A stretch of DNA of 64,000 bases from Phoronis australis. Its lineage: Eukaryota > Animalia > Phoronida. Positions 13,901 through 28,900 of this stretch are shown here, in pieces. Both the position numbers and the translations under genes were made by a program. The stretch is from contig NMRA01000058.1 in the NCBI GenBank assembly GCA_002633005.1, positions 1,020,409 to 1,084,408 of the forward strand. The letters run 5' to 3'. Within the stretch, counting starts at the first letter, position 1. Each line of letters starts with the position of its first letter. Under the pieces are notes generated by a model, which was not told the origin of the DNA, ran no database searches, and saw nothing but the letters and a program-made list of their open reading frames with translations.

Positions 13901-16900
13901 GCCAACATTTTGACCGAATGGACTTTGGGATAAGAAAATAGCACTTTCTGCGCAAATAGCGTTGCTTGGGTGTACGTAATTCTCAAGTTACCAAAGTTTC
14001 TTATCTTGCTTTCTACTGAAATCGTATAATAATATCATGAGTTTTAATTCAGGGATGCATATGAATCTGTGCACTAGAACAATTTTGTTATGTTCAACAC
14101 TGGATAATTTCTCTCTTTGGATTACGGCCGACGGCAAGTTCAAGAATCCACTGAGTTTGGCAGCCTAGTTTCTCCACGGCATGTTCCTAGCCAGAAGCAT
14201 GATTTATCTCTAAAAACTCTACTCTGACAGCATGTAGTTGTCCATGTCTCGTCTTCACAGCACGTGCGTGCACTGTCATTGATTCTTGCAACACCATCCA
14301 CGTCGACGCTCAGCGTCCTCTCGCAAGACACCTCACCTTTGCGACTTCTCTTGCACACGCACAATTTCTGCACTGACTCCTCAAGCTGAGTGCAGGGATG
14401 GCTTCAGTAGGACTTGGCGTACTCAACTTAATTTTTTTGCAGATGGACAAACGGGCTCAGGCTCAGAACAGGATTTCACCATTTCACCACCAACTTTTAC
14501 ATGGTAAAAAACAGAATTATTTTATTCTTGGTTTCGCTACAACATCTATATCAGCTGGTGCAGCACTCTGGATTGCCCAGTTACGCAATATTTGATGACA
14601 GGATTAGATTAGAGCTAGTGTCCTTGTATAAGCTCCACCCCATTTGTCAGTCACTGAGCTGGTGAGCAGTCAAGCCATATAACTTACTGAAGCTTGGTCA
14701 AATATAATTTAAAAACAACTTTGGATTTTCACAATGATTTTATTTTTCTTCACTATACTTTGCATCAAGAATTAAAGATTAGGATGACATAAAAACGTAA
14801 AAAACGGTCAAAATTAATTTTTTGTGTATCCACCTGCCTTAATGCATTTTAGAGATCGAAACATATGGGACGTCAATTTATGATCATGTTAAATCATTTT
14901 TGATATTTTTGTAATGGAAATTGATTGGATTCATGAGAACCATTGGTAGATCTAGACCATTTTAATGTAAATATCAATTACCAAACCTTCATTAGTGCTA
15001 GTGCAGAATTTGAACTTCTGTCATTTCCAACTGAACAATTCAGAATAGTGATTTCATAGAGGTGGTCGTCTCAGAATTCGAAGTTATTCATGCGCAAAGA
15101 ATTATGTCCTGCAAATATGCGTTGATATAAAGTCATAGTTGAGTTGAACTACTGTACAGTTATTCACCACTTAAAAGGGTGCCTGGGAAATTCTTTTGAC
15201 ACCATGGATCAATTTGGACAAAAGACTAAGAAACAGCAGATAAAAATTGTTGAGGTGTACTTTTCAAGTCTACGCTTCTGACTCTGAAGGACGAGGCAGG
15301 CAAGATTTTGGCTTACCACCTAGTAGAATGCACTTGAGAGGGAAAAAGTATTACTTGCAGTAAAAATTATCCAATTTGGGTAATTGGTGGTTGGAGATTG
15401 TCCCAAATTCTAGAAATTGACAATATTTTCATCTCAAAGTAAAGAATCATCGAAAAGATGACTAATTTACCCACTCTGTAGAGTGAAAGCACATTGTCCG
15501 AAATTTGAGAAAAGATTAATGCCAAAATCAAAGTTGTCCCAATTTCGAGAATGAAGCAAATTCGATTTTTGCGAGAGTTTCTGTGCCACAAGTTCTAGAG
15601 ACTGTCTTAAATTGGAAAATTTTTACCATAAAGGTCATAGCAGTGGTTATCTCTTCACATAGAATGTAATACTATTCAGACTTTTTGGGAACAGCCTGAA
15701 AAATCACTGAAAACTCAACTCCTGACACAAGAAATTGGCACTTATCAATTTCTATTCGCAAGCCTTGGCTGCCTCCTTACAAAATGCAAGTTTTACTAAA
15801 GAATGCTGATGAGATGAAGCAAAATGATTTGTAATTTGTTGTCATAACATTGGAAAGACCCTTGGACCTGCTGCATTTGAAAAGCTGCTTATAACATTAT
15901 AATTTGTCTTTTATTGCCAGAGGTTAACTGCTGTGCCCTGTTGATATTTGCTAAAACTTCCAGTCTCTTGACATTTGACCCGACTACCTTCTGTCTGGTG
16001 CATTCTTCCTGCTAAAATAGCATCTGCATTGTCTTTGAGCCTCAGTGGTTTTGTGGAAAATTAGACCAACAATTTAAATCGGCTGCTGCTTTGCGGATTG
16101 TCCAAATTGAACCAGTAAGAATCTCCCAACCCTGCTGTGTACATCACCTGAAGTGTGTGGAAAAATACAGAGTATAATACAAATTCAGGATGATAGGGTG
16201 CTTTTTGGACCTTCTTGTGCTTTGAAAGCCTAGTTGTATGAAATAAACTGAATAATTTTATGGGGTTTATTAACTTCGTACTTGCACAGTGTTTGAAATT
16301 GACTGAATAATTATGCGTCGGCAACTGGCCTTGTGTAATTTTTGTTTTGTTATCAATTGTTGCTGTCCGGGTTATTATCCTGGCATGAAGCAACGACAAC
16401 ATTGATAAAATCAATGTTTTCCTTAGCCTACTTTCATGAAGTTTATGTGTATGACTAACAGTAATGTCACACCATCGCACGTCACCCCACAATTGTTAAT
16501 AACTACATTTTGCTTTGTTTAGCTGGCCAAACCAAAAATCAAATCTAGGCCTTAACTATCATAAAATTTGTCAAAAATTCCTTACCAGCTCGAGTCACAG
16601 ACAACATGTACATGTGCCATTTTCGAATTTGCAATTTTATGGTTGGCCAACACAAACATGAAACAGTCCGAAATAGAGACTCAACTGATTTCCCTGAATC
16701 TAAATCCACTGCGTATTTACGGGCTTGTGAAAACACCGGAGTTAGCCCCCTTCTTATGCAGTTTTTACTAAAGTCAAGTTTTGGCTCGCACTTCACTGTG
16801 ACCGTCGGATATTCTGTGCAACTGCTGGTGTCGAGACCAGTATGTCGTCGTATCTAATTAGAACACTTCTTTGTCTGTAATGGACATAATTTTGAACTTT

Positions 16901-19900
16901 TGGTATTTGAAATCTGCTCACGTCACATCAATACGTGACAAAGACGTGTACATCTCGTGTGAAAAAGATAATTTCATTTGCTTCGAGCAAGTGCCACCTG
17001 AAGTTTTCTCGGCTCTAAATGGGGTTCCTAATGGGGTCCTCTGATAGTAATTTTTATCGTAATCTATTTTGCCCGGGGTACGCCACAAGCTATGTTGCAA
17101 AGTAAAACAAGAGGACGATTGCAAATAATGTTATTTATTATGACGTAAATTGGTAGAACTAAATAAGACTCTGCAAGATGGGCATGGACAAAACGCCCAC
17201 CGGCGTGTACAATGAATAGCCCTGAAAGAGGGAACCAAAACAAAAGACCTGCCTGAATGACCTAAAGAAAAAGTACAGAACATGAACACAAAACTTTGAA
17301 AATACCGAACAGGTAATGTGCATGTATACGAGCAAAAAAAGAAAGTGGAACAGAAACCCATGATGGGGGGGGGAATGCAGAGAGCGAACTTAGGTCTTGT
17401 AGACAATGAGGTAGGTGGCTGAATGAGCTAGACCACATTCAACTGAACAAAGGAAATATGGGCAACCAATCGGGTGTCGCATACAGAAATGTATGAATAC
17501 AAAAGTAGACCCTTGAGGCTATAAATAGAGATGAGTAATGAAAAATAAACCCTAAGGGTTGATATCAAAATAAAGAGACAAATGTCAAAATAATGCCGAT
17601 GAAGGCATTTAACAAGTTAAATTTAATTTATCGTAATCTATTTTGTCCGGGGTATGCCATGAGCTATGTTGTAGAGTAAAACTAGGAGGATTGCGAATAA
17701 TGTCATTTATTATGACGTAAATAGATAGAACTAAATAAGACTGCAAGATGGACATGGACAAAACGCCATAATGACAGCATCAGGGAATGCTGACATCGTC
17801 CATATATGACACACTTGTGTTGACCAACAATACCTGTATTTAACATATCCAAAGGTTATTTGGCTCATTTTGCTCAAGCTATTACTTGATGAGTGACCTC
17901 CCTAAGTATCTGGTTTACTTTGTGCTCATACTAATAAGTCCGTATTAAATGTCAACATTTTTTCATGTTTGCGACAGTATTAGCTCAGAAATCTGATGGG
18001 GACCTACACTTTCGAAAACTCCTCCCGTATTAATTTTCTCTACATTATGGCCCTGTCACACCTTGACGATTTAGCCAGCGTATGCCGACATATCAGAATT
18101 TCCCTAAAACGCTGGCATACGCTGAATTATCGATTTTTTTTTCAATTTTGGGCGTATACATAGCGTATTCATAACGAGTTGGACGTATACATAACGTATC
18201 AGTAAATTATATAGAACGTTTCGATAACTTATAGATAACTTATTCCAACGAATGCCTAGCGTGTTGCCGGCGTACACAACTTATGCCCAACGATAGTCTA
18301 ACTTATGCATAGCGTGCAGCAGCGTATTGCCGACGATCACGTGTCGTAGTCTATAAAAAGGCTACCGCTCGACGTTTCAAATCATAACTGCACTAGACAT
18401 TGCAGTACCAACATCAGCGTCATGCCAAAGAAAAGTGCGAGGAACGCTGCCAAGAAATCTCCTGGCCGATGGTCTCACCCAGTTCTTTCTCCTCCGTTCA
18501 CCTCTTCTTCTCCTGGCTTTATTGGCACGCAACTGGTAAAGTGTCAAATCGATGAGGTCATTTTGATGTTGGAGAACAGCTAGTAGGTATTCTCGTCTCA
18601 GCCTTGCCGGATCCTCCATCTCTCGGATGATATGAACATCTGCTCACCATGAAATCTAGAGGAGTACTGACGGGTTCCTCCTGTGAACCCCATTTTTATA
18701 TCCCAATTCCCCTAAACGCTACCAATACGCCATTATACGGCAGCTGTACGTTAGAAACACGTTCAGTAAGTTCTGTGGTCGTCCGGAACATGTTAAATAC
18801 GTCTACATACGTCAATATGCGTAGGAGATAAGTTCGATATAAGTTATACATACGTTCAAAGCACGTTACTCATAAGTTTTGGGTACGCTAGACATTATCT
18901 CGACGTATTTGGACTTATGAGTAACCTACACTTAACGTGTTTGAACGTGTGTCAACGATCGCATAACTTACCTATTACTTATGGCCTGCGTATACGGGAC
19001 GTATAGCCATACGCTGACATACGTTGAGAAATTTTGAGCATGCACAAAATTTTTCGACGACCTCGACGTACTTCGACGTATACCAACGTGCTTCAGCGTG
19101 CTGTTAACGTATACAAAACTTACCCATAACTTATTCGACGTACGCCAGCGTATTTGCCAAATTTTTCATACGTCGGCATACGCTGGCTAAATCGTCAAGG
19201 TGTGACAGGGCCTTTAGCAAAGGAGGAGATTGAATTTGAGATGTGGCTATTGTTTCTGAAGACACTGCTGTTACAAAGTTATCTATAGTGTGCATCATGA
19301 ATCTTTTATCAATCTATTCTTGTGTGATAAATCAAGATTCAAATTTCTTGGTTAAGTTTGAATTGAGCATTTTGCTTGTATTGAAGCAAGAAGCAAAAAA
19401 TGCTTGTAACTATTTTGGTTTGAACCTGTGAAAGGCTTCGTGGTCAAAATTATGATCTGTGCCTTTCTGTTGACCAACTCGATACACTCTGAATGTGTTC
19501 ATTTTGTAACATCACGACATCAGGTGGCATTGTGAATAAAATGTGCAAGTTCTACTATGATTTGGCAATTTGTTTGCTTTTCCATACAATGACCATTAAC
19601 CTGTCCTTGCGACGATGAGCTGTGCAACAGTTTTGTGTGGCTATGGTCCAAGCTATGGTTCACTTGCCAAAACTGTTCACAAAACTATTACTTTGCTATC
19701 ATGTTGTAGTTGGATTATAGTCATTCTTCTATCTCTAGCTGGTAGCCAACATCCTGTTGTTCACAAGCGTCAACATAGCTGGGATCTTTACGCATTATCC
19801 TACGGAGCTGGCACAGAGGGATGCCTTCCTAGAGACCAGGCGGTGTATCGAGGCGCGCTTGAAATGTCAACGGGAAAATCAACAACAGGTAGCACTAGAG

Positions 19901-22900
19901 AATTGGCAGAGTGTTATTTCTAAAAAAATATTTAAAAGTAAGCAGGAAATTTTTGAGCTCAAAATGCTATGACTTACAGAATTGGTTCGTGGACTTGACG
20001 ATAAGTTTGTAATATTGTGGTTCCATGCAAAGTATTTGCCAGTTTACCTTGATTCAACCTTTTGTGTTTTGATGCCAAAAGAATCTGTGTAAACATAGCT
20101 GTTAGTTGAATCTTTTGGAGTATGTTGGTCTCCTTGTGATTTTTTTTGCTAAAAGGAGATTTAGTGGAAGTTTTACCTTTTGAAGACAAGTTGTGCTATA
20201 GACAGTCACCTACACCTGTAAGTAAGGCCTTGACTAAACTGCCATGATTTTCGAAATGCGCTGGAGAAAGTTAGAAAAAAATTTTTAGTTTTCCTTCATT
20301 TACTTAAGTAAAAATAATTGCAGGCCGTCTGGTGGGTTCACTTTGCATTGATCACCTGGAGCCATTTTATGCTTAATTGTTTTAGTCCAAAACTGAGCTG
20401 AGGTGCTGGAAACCTGATTCATGGGTCTAGCAGTGTGCCCAAGTGGTTTTTGCACCCACGACCTTGAGTAAAGGAAGTGAATACTTATCCCACTAGGCCA
20501 CATTGCCTTTTCTTCATTCGCTTGAAGTGTTGATGTTTTTTCTCTGTTGATGACATTTTGAGATGACTTCATCTTGTCTACAGGAGCAGCTCTTGTTGTC
20601 TGTGTTGCCTCGGCATGTTGCCATGGAGATGAAAGCAGACATTGCTGGCAAAGTGAAGGATACAATGTTTCACAAGATCTACATACAGAAACATGAAAAT
20701 GTCAGGTATGACCTGTGTTGTCACTCCCACATTGCTGGAAAATGAGCCTTCATGAGATAGACAGTGGGTTTGAAATACAGGTTCTCCCTAACATTCAATG
20801 GTGCCTGTAGAAATAAATCTCCACATCCGTCGTGTTGTCAGACGCTTATTTAGTTCGGCCAAATAATTGCATGCGGACTATCGAAAACAATTTGAAAGCA
20901 GTGAAAATGCCGATTAAATTGTAACCCAGTTCCTACTGCGCAATTAACTCAGCGTGTGTTTATGAACAATTAAATGTCACGCCTCCAGGTTTAAGCTAAA
21001 ACTTCCCTGCTTGGAAACGATATAATGGAGACAGCACGTGGTAAGCGTGTCATATGTTCCGCCATTGGGAAGAGTCTCCTACACGGCCATTTAAACATGT
21101 AGACCCAATAATTATGAAGCAATGATCACTCTAATTCTCTAATAATATTATTATCCCTATGAATTTCATCGACCACCACTGCCTACATATTTGTCAAATA
21201 ACTTTCTTACTGTCACTGTCATTCAGTAATTGTTGCTGGTAGGCCTACTCAGTACTGTTACGCCAAATTTTGGAGATTGGCTCTAAAATGCAATTATGTC
21301 TCCTAGCTGTTTATATGACAACAAAACTGGACGCAAGTCAAGTTCACTCTTGGTTTATGTTTTCAGCACAAGTGACAGCATCAATGAGTTTATCTGAACA
21401 ATGTGACATTTCAGATGCAGTTTGACTGGAATTTGCTCCACCTCAGGAAGTGGTAGAAATTCCTTTGGATCAACTTGCCCAGTGTGCTGTTGTTGTTGTT
21501 CAACAGAGACAAACAGGGCAGAAAACCGGAAATAACTTGTCCTGAATTTCAGTATTGCCATGCAAACAGCATAATTGCAGACGCTGTCACTGCAAGGCAA
21601 CAATGGCTCATTTAATACTATCATGTTGTCAAAACGTATTGATTTTAGACAGTTAACTTATATTTCCGTCTCCATGATAATCTTCAGTTTTTCACTATTC
21701 TTTGTCACGTGAACTTTGACAAAATTAACAAGAGCCGGGATCAGTTTTTTGTGTGCCCACATGTACATAGTCCTTATATTGGCGTCCTCGTCCTCTCCTG
21801 TATCTCGATCCTTGACTCAGGATCTTCATGAAGTTTTGCAGGTGTGTTATGATGGGGCTAACAACAGGTGATCGTGATTTCCCAGTGAACGGTTCCGACT
21901 ACAGTGTGCACCTTAGTGGCAATTTTAGTTTTTTTCTATTTGTCTCTGTATCTATCCTTGACAGATTTTTCAGAAGCAAATATGTTTCAATTGAGATGAC
22001 AAAGACACATTCTCAATACCTAATAGAGTCTACACCCCCTAGTGGCCAATTTTATTACATTTGAGTCTGTTTTTGGCATCTGTCTTTATACTGACCAGTC
22101 CACTTGAATGAAGTGTATTTTTGTTGAAGAGACCAATTGTCTGATGTTGATTTTCCAAGTTGGAAAACTGGCGCCCCTTCACTAATGACAATTTGTTTTT
22201 ATGTATTTGCCTCAATATCAACATGAAATTCAGTTGATCTCTTCCTATTGAGTATGGCACGACTGGCACCGATGTTCGGACACATCGGACTACTGTTGTG
22301 TCCCTTAGTGGCAATTATGTTTGCCTCAATGTCTACCAAGTCCTTGATGGATTGTTTTTGATATTTGGCAAATAGGTTTACATTAAAGACATGACGACAC
22401 CTTCCCAATTTTACACAGATTCGACATATCTTACATCACCTAGTGGCCATTTTTATGCTCTAAAGTGTATGTGTACATTATATATAAAATTTATGTGATT
22501 GGATATTTTTTTCATCCTGTCCAGTTACTGGTTGTCTGTTCAGTGAGAACCCCTGGTTGGCTTTTTGATGAAGTTTGGTACAAGGATGCAGGGCATCACT
22601 GGAATGATCCGTGCTCCTTTTCAGTTTGTTACGCCTGGGTTAGAATGGTATGGTTTTTTTGCTATCTTTTGGGGCTGAAGCACATTTCTGGATGCTATCA
22701 TGAGAACTGATCACCGGATTTCAATGAAACTTCGCTCGGAGGTATATGATGTCAGTGTGCTGGCACCATTTTCTGCATCTGTCTCTTCCCCTCCTAAGAT
22801 TTTTTTGGAAACTTGACAAGTGCATTTCTATTAACTTGTTGGCAGATGAATGTATCAAAGTGCTTCCTAATGGAAATTTTTTCAAATTTGCTTCTGAATC

Positions 22901-25900
22901 TTTGGAATTGCTTGACCGATTTTCACGAAGTTTAGCCAGGATGCCTTCCCAATTTTGGACGGGTTAGATGTAGTCTACACCATCTAATGGCCATATTTAT
23001 GATTTTGATAAACATAAATGAAATGACTGATTGCCTGTTTCCTTGAGCAACGTCCGACCAAGCGATGATATTAAGAAAGTGGTCCTCATTTCAAGCAGAT
23101 ATTTTAAATTTTGCCCATCTTTTTCATTTCTGCGCGTCCTGTCGAACCGGTCCAAAAAAAATTTTTGGCCATCCAAAACACAGCCAAGACGGCTGCTGTA
23201 TCAATCTCTGCCCCAAGAAGCATACTGTTTGCAGTGCTGTCGTGGGTGCATTTCGATATGTCACTCTGTTTCTGGCATCCTCCTGTCTGCCACCAAAGCT
23301 CTTGAATGATCATGAAAATTGGAAGATATGCTTCGGCTGGACCACAAAGGAGGATCATGATGTATTGAGTGCATTATATGGGATGCCTTGCTACTAGTAC
23401 CTTTAATAAACACACTTACTGGCAGTAAAGCAATAAAGCTGATATTATGGTTCTTCCTATGCCCAGAAATCAACTCTTATCTGAATATGGTACAATCTGA
23501 GACCAGTTTCATATTGACAAGTTGTCTGCGAAGGGTTGCTTGTAAGATTGATGGGAAGATTGCTGGAAAAATACCAATTCTACGCATATTTCTTACTGTT
23601 TAATCATACATTTTCATTTTCATTCTCCCATAAACCCAACTTCTGTCATCCTTTTATTTAGACTACTCAAAGGAAAGACTTAAGTGTCGTCGCATTCATT
23701 AGCACTCTCGTGACACATTTTATTGCTTTAGAGTTGATAAATAATCATTTTGTTCTATCCATTTGAGCTGCTTTCTTATCCATTTCTATTCAGTTCCTAT
23801 TTCGCTTCAACCAGTGGATGTTATTGTCGATTAACTGTCATTTTGAAAAACAACTCTTAGTAGGCAATCAATACACACTTATCAATGATTTTACCTGTGG
23901 GGAAACATTGGCTGCCAGCCAACAGTATGGTAATTTCCTAATTGAAAGTCTGAAAAATGCCTCCAGTTCAAGACAATTGCTTTGTACATGGATGATTGTG
24001 CATCTGCATTACATACACACATTTACGCTGAGGACAGAATTCAGTCTTTTTTCTTCTTTTCCTTAATTTAATATGTCAGATACATTTTATCCTCCGAATG
24101 ATAATGTTTTAACGCCATTTTATACTTTCCAACTGAGTATTTTAGATATGGTTTTCAATACCTTGTCTAGTAGCGATTTTCAGGTTGACTATTATTTTAC
24201 TGTTACCAGAATGTTAATGAATGGGTCAATGTGTAATGTTTCCTGTTGTTTATCTTTAAAGAATTTTTCAATATGTACAAAAATGTGACAAAAGGTGAAT
24301 TAAAGTGTCAAGTTGGAATTGTAAACTTAAAAATTGAATAAGTAAAGTTAGCAATAGTGATTCTTGACCCCTTGAAGTATTCGATCAACTCCATTTTTTA
24401 AATCTCCGTGGTTTCATCTTGTGTAACTACAAACACTTAACTCGCTGTAGAAAAAAACAAAACAAAGGGCTCCTGCCCAAAACGAGATAACCACAGAGGT
24501 TTCAAAGATGACGGTAGTGACACTACATTGGCTTTAAGCCAGTCATGCATTTTTTGCTGCCTTTTTAGGGGTTATGAAAATACTTCTCAAGAGCACTGGT
24601 CGTAAGTGAGGCAATAGATTGTACTGTTGCATATTTGTACATTTCTGACCCACACAAGGTCAGTTATGTGAGAGTAAGGTCTGGTCCATCTTGAATAATG
24701 TTGAAAGATTAGAACTCGCAGGCTTAATTACAGCTTGTCCCCACAGCTGTCAGTTAATAAAAAGTGTACCAGAGTTTATAAAGATATAGAGATGGCAATG
24801 TGGCCTAGTGGGATAACTGCCTGCTTCCTTTACTCAAGGTCGATTGTTCGGGTCGCAACGGGGCACACTACTAGACCCTTGAGTCGTGTCTCTAGGTTCT
24901 CAGCTCGGTTTTAACTATATATTAGTTAAGCATTGAAATAGTTGCAGGTGATCAGTGCAATGGGCCCACCTGATTGGCTTGCGCATATCGTCTGCAATCA
25001 TAATTTTTTCATTTCTCAACAGATCCATTAATGTCAAACAAACTACTTTCAGTCTGTTCGCCTGAGTGTGAACATTAAGTGACTGGCATTAAGATTGTAG
25101 AACCCTTGTAATTTTTTTAAGTTTGGCTAAATTGGAAATGTCAAAGCTCAGAAATGGCCAGTCTGTGAAACTTAACATGTGAGTGTGCTTTATGCACTGC
25201 TATGTAAGAATCTTTTTGAAATTGTTTTTAAAATATCCCTTTTTTGAATAATGAAAGCAGGCAAAATTCCCTCGCGTTATTTCAATGTTATGTGGGTGAC
25301 ATTTTCCTCAGAGAATTGTTGAATTATCCCTTTATAAACTTTCATCATGAATTTGACACATATTTTTTTCAAGTCCATTTAAAGTAGAACTTGCAGGCTA
25401 ATTCCTTATCTCTGTGATTGCTTGGCCAAATTAGTTAGAAACACAACATATAGCAACTGTGTGAATATGCCAAATGTTTTCAAGAACGAGTTTTGTGGCT
25501 GCAATGTACGTTATTCGTGCGAAGGTCACCTGTTTGCAGAATTTTTTGTTTTCATATCTATAAGTTGTCAGTGAATACAGCTGACAGTTGCTGTACTTTG
25601 TTTAACATAGATTATGTTCAACTAGCATTGTCGGTTAGTTCCAGCTATTAGCATAGTTAGGAGCATGCAAATACATCTTTAATGAACGTGTAGTATGCAG
25701 ATTTTGCCTTGTCATTTCATTTTTGCATTACAATATCTCATGTTTAACCTGCCCAGAAAATTAATGATCAAACTTCCTATCTTGTTATGTCGTTCTTTCA
25801 GGAATTTAGTTGATTAGTTTGATAATTCTATTTCCAGTATTCTCTTTGCCGACATCTGCGGCTTCACTTCACTGTCAGGCCAGTGTTCTGCTCAGGAACT

Positions 25901-28900
25901 GGTTCAAATGCTAAACGAACTGTTTGCCAGATTCGACAAGCTAGCCCAAGACAATCACTGTCTCCGCATCAAAATTCTCGGTAAGCTCTTCCCAACATTA
26001 CGTTGATATTGTTCTAATCAGCACTGGTGTCAGCGCATGTTTTAGCTCATTGCTGGCTTTGCGAAGTGACAAGGAAACCAGTCTACTGTCTTCCCATTCA
26101 ACTCTACTGTCTTGTTATTATTGTTTAAGGTTTTCTCAAACCTTATTTAGTAACGTTTATTGTAAGTCTTATATCATAAAACAGGCAGCTAGTAAAAGTA
26201 TTATGTATATATTTTGTGAAAGAAAAAAGCTCACATATTATCAAACTATGTTTTGTATTGACTTTTTTATGTGAACACATTTTTTAAGTAAAAATATCAT
26301 TTTTAAGAACGGTACATCAGATAGCAATTGAAAGTAACGCCTTGATAGATTTCAATGAAACCCTATTTAAATGAAAACTTCACAATTTTCCTAAAAACTT
26401 GTGTATGAATTTGCAATTTAACTCATTGAGTTTTGATTCTATGCCAAACTAACTCACAAAACATAAGGTATTTTTGTAAAAAATTACAGTCGTATTTGAC
26501 TGTCTTTTGTACTTCCACATCTAGATTACTGTGACATAATCTATCAATCGTCAAACACTGGCACTGGCATACTTCTTCAATTTGAAAGACTACAATACCA
26601 AGCAGCTTTAACCATAGCAGGAGCATACAAAGAGTTCAACACAATCAAAGTTCTAAATAGTCTCAACTGGAGCAAATTAGCAACCTGTCGTAAACTCCAC
26701 CTGTCCATGTATACATTCAAAGTCTTAACCAACATCAACAATTATTGAAACAAAATCCTTCTACAAAAGACTTAACATTAGACCAGGACTCCGGCAATAC
26801 ACTATTCCATCTTGCCTCAGACTACTTTTGAGATTGATGAATTATAACTACTGAGATTGGAAAGTTTCAGTGAAATTCATCAAGCTGTTTTCGAGAAGTC
26901 GTGTTCCTAAGTTCAAATTAAGTCAATTTTTCGGAGGGGAGAAAAAGCGGAATAGTCATCTGATGATCACCACTTAATTATTCGGTGAAAACTTGTTCTT
27001 GTTTTTTACGTTCTGTAAAGTATCTGTAACCTATGACAGACTTTCTACAAAACTGTGGTGCATTGCTATCAAACTTCCTTGTTGAAAAAGATAATTTTTT
27101 AGAAAATTGTGCTGAAATCCCTGGGCAAAAACTCACTGACTTATGAGTCCCTGCCACGCAATCGTCGATAGTGCAACTTGAAATTTTGAACAAAAATACA
27201 GTTTCGACTCAACAACTTACCTGAAGCGCTCCTAAAGTTTTCATAATTGCATCCCTTTGATTTTTAAGACACTGTGGAGTCGGGATTAACTGCAGATTAA
27301 GTTCAAATCTATGCTAGATTGTAACCCGTAATACAAGAAAAATCTGAACGATCACACATGTTGTTGTCACGTAATTTTTGTTTTGAAGTTCGTCTGTGTG
27401 TGTGAATGAGCGAGCGCGTGCGTGTCAACAGAGTTCATTTGCCGGAATTAACGCAATGCAACCATCTAGGTGTGCAGAATTAAAGAAATGGACACGAGCA
27501 GTAAAGCAGAAGGTGTTTTATTTAGCACTTTCAGGACTCGTCTGCTAAAAACATTTGAAAATCGTCTCAGTAAGGCCGATATTAAACATCATTGAGTCGC
27601 CGGGTGACTGGATGCGTGACAGTCTAATATTTATTTTCCGAGAGATTCGGGGTGTAAGGGTGCAAAAGTGTTCACTATTAGTGGACCATTTTGACTTTAA
27701 AAACAGCAATTATGATTAATTAAATAATTCCTCTTAAAAATAACTTTCGGAAATTAATGCCAATATTTATTCCTTGCCGATGCTATGCTACCCGTTTTAG
27801 GAATGGATAGTTCCCTTTGATGACAAGTATATGTAATATGTACAGCACACATCACGAATTTTTGTTCGACCGGTAGGAAATTGGTCGACGGCCGACCGTC
27901 TACCGGTCGTCTAGCCGACCAGCAGCCGACCAACAACGGTCGGCTAGGAGCTGTCTGCTGAGTCGCCTCTGTGGTTGGCACTTGAGTCGGCTAAGTAGAT
28001 GACCAATTCGGATTAAGCGTGTCCTTGGTCGGCAATTACCATTTTATGACTTAGCGGGTGAACTTTGGCCAAACAAACATTAAATAACTGTTCGCTGTTC
28101 GTTCACCAGTGTCAACTCCGGTCTTCACATCGGTTTATCAACTTTTGTCCAACTATTGAAAGGTGGTAAAATTGAACCAATCTACAAATACGAAGTGAGT
28201 GACATTACACCAACGTAAACTTTATGTTGAATTATTGACGGCGCGGTAAAATCAAACGTTAAGTAATATCGCGGAAGCATAGTTTCTGTCTCTTAGTATG
28301 AGACTTTTTATACAGTACATTATGCATAAAAACAAGCAAGAAATTTGAAATTTTACAGTAAAATTGCACAAAACTCAGAATACAACGCTGGCTGTTTTAT
28401 GACCTCAAGTGTTTTCATGCAGCGGAGTACTGACAACAAGCAGCACGAATTCGCACTCATCTGGTATTGCTTTTGATCATCACTTCATCACGCTGTATAG
28501 TGCGCTTTACCACAGATAATTATTGTTTATTATTGTATAATTTCTTTAATATGTTGGTACAGCAGTAGAACAAAAAAAGTTTATTTTAAGAAAAACATAA
28601 ACAATGGTTTTAACATAGCGCAGAGATTAAGATCATTGGCGCATGAAAATGGAAGAATGTGATCAGTTATAGTGTCATCCATCATCCATCGTCATTCTGA
28701 ATTTGTTGTCACTTTCGGAGTAAAAAATCGTTTGGACAATTTTTATGAATAAGGTTTGAGGTGTCCTAAGGTTTCCTCTGAATTATTTTAGATATAGGAA
28801 GTGTTTCTGAAAATTAGATAAATTGGTGTCTTTATCTACCAAGTTCTGAATATTGACAAGACTGAATCGAAATGTTATGAGGAATTTTAGGAAAGTTTCG

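Noticed and set aside
16061-16492. 143-aa minus-strand ORF
   Set aside because: Non-ATG start, AT-rich random-looking composition and no domain signature; lies antisense within intron 1.
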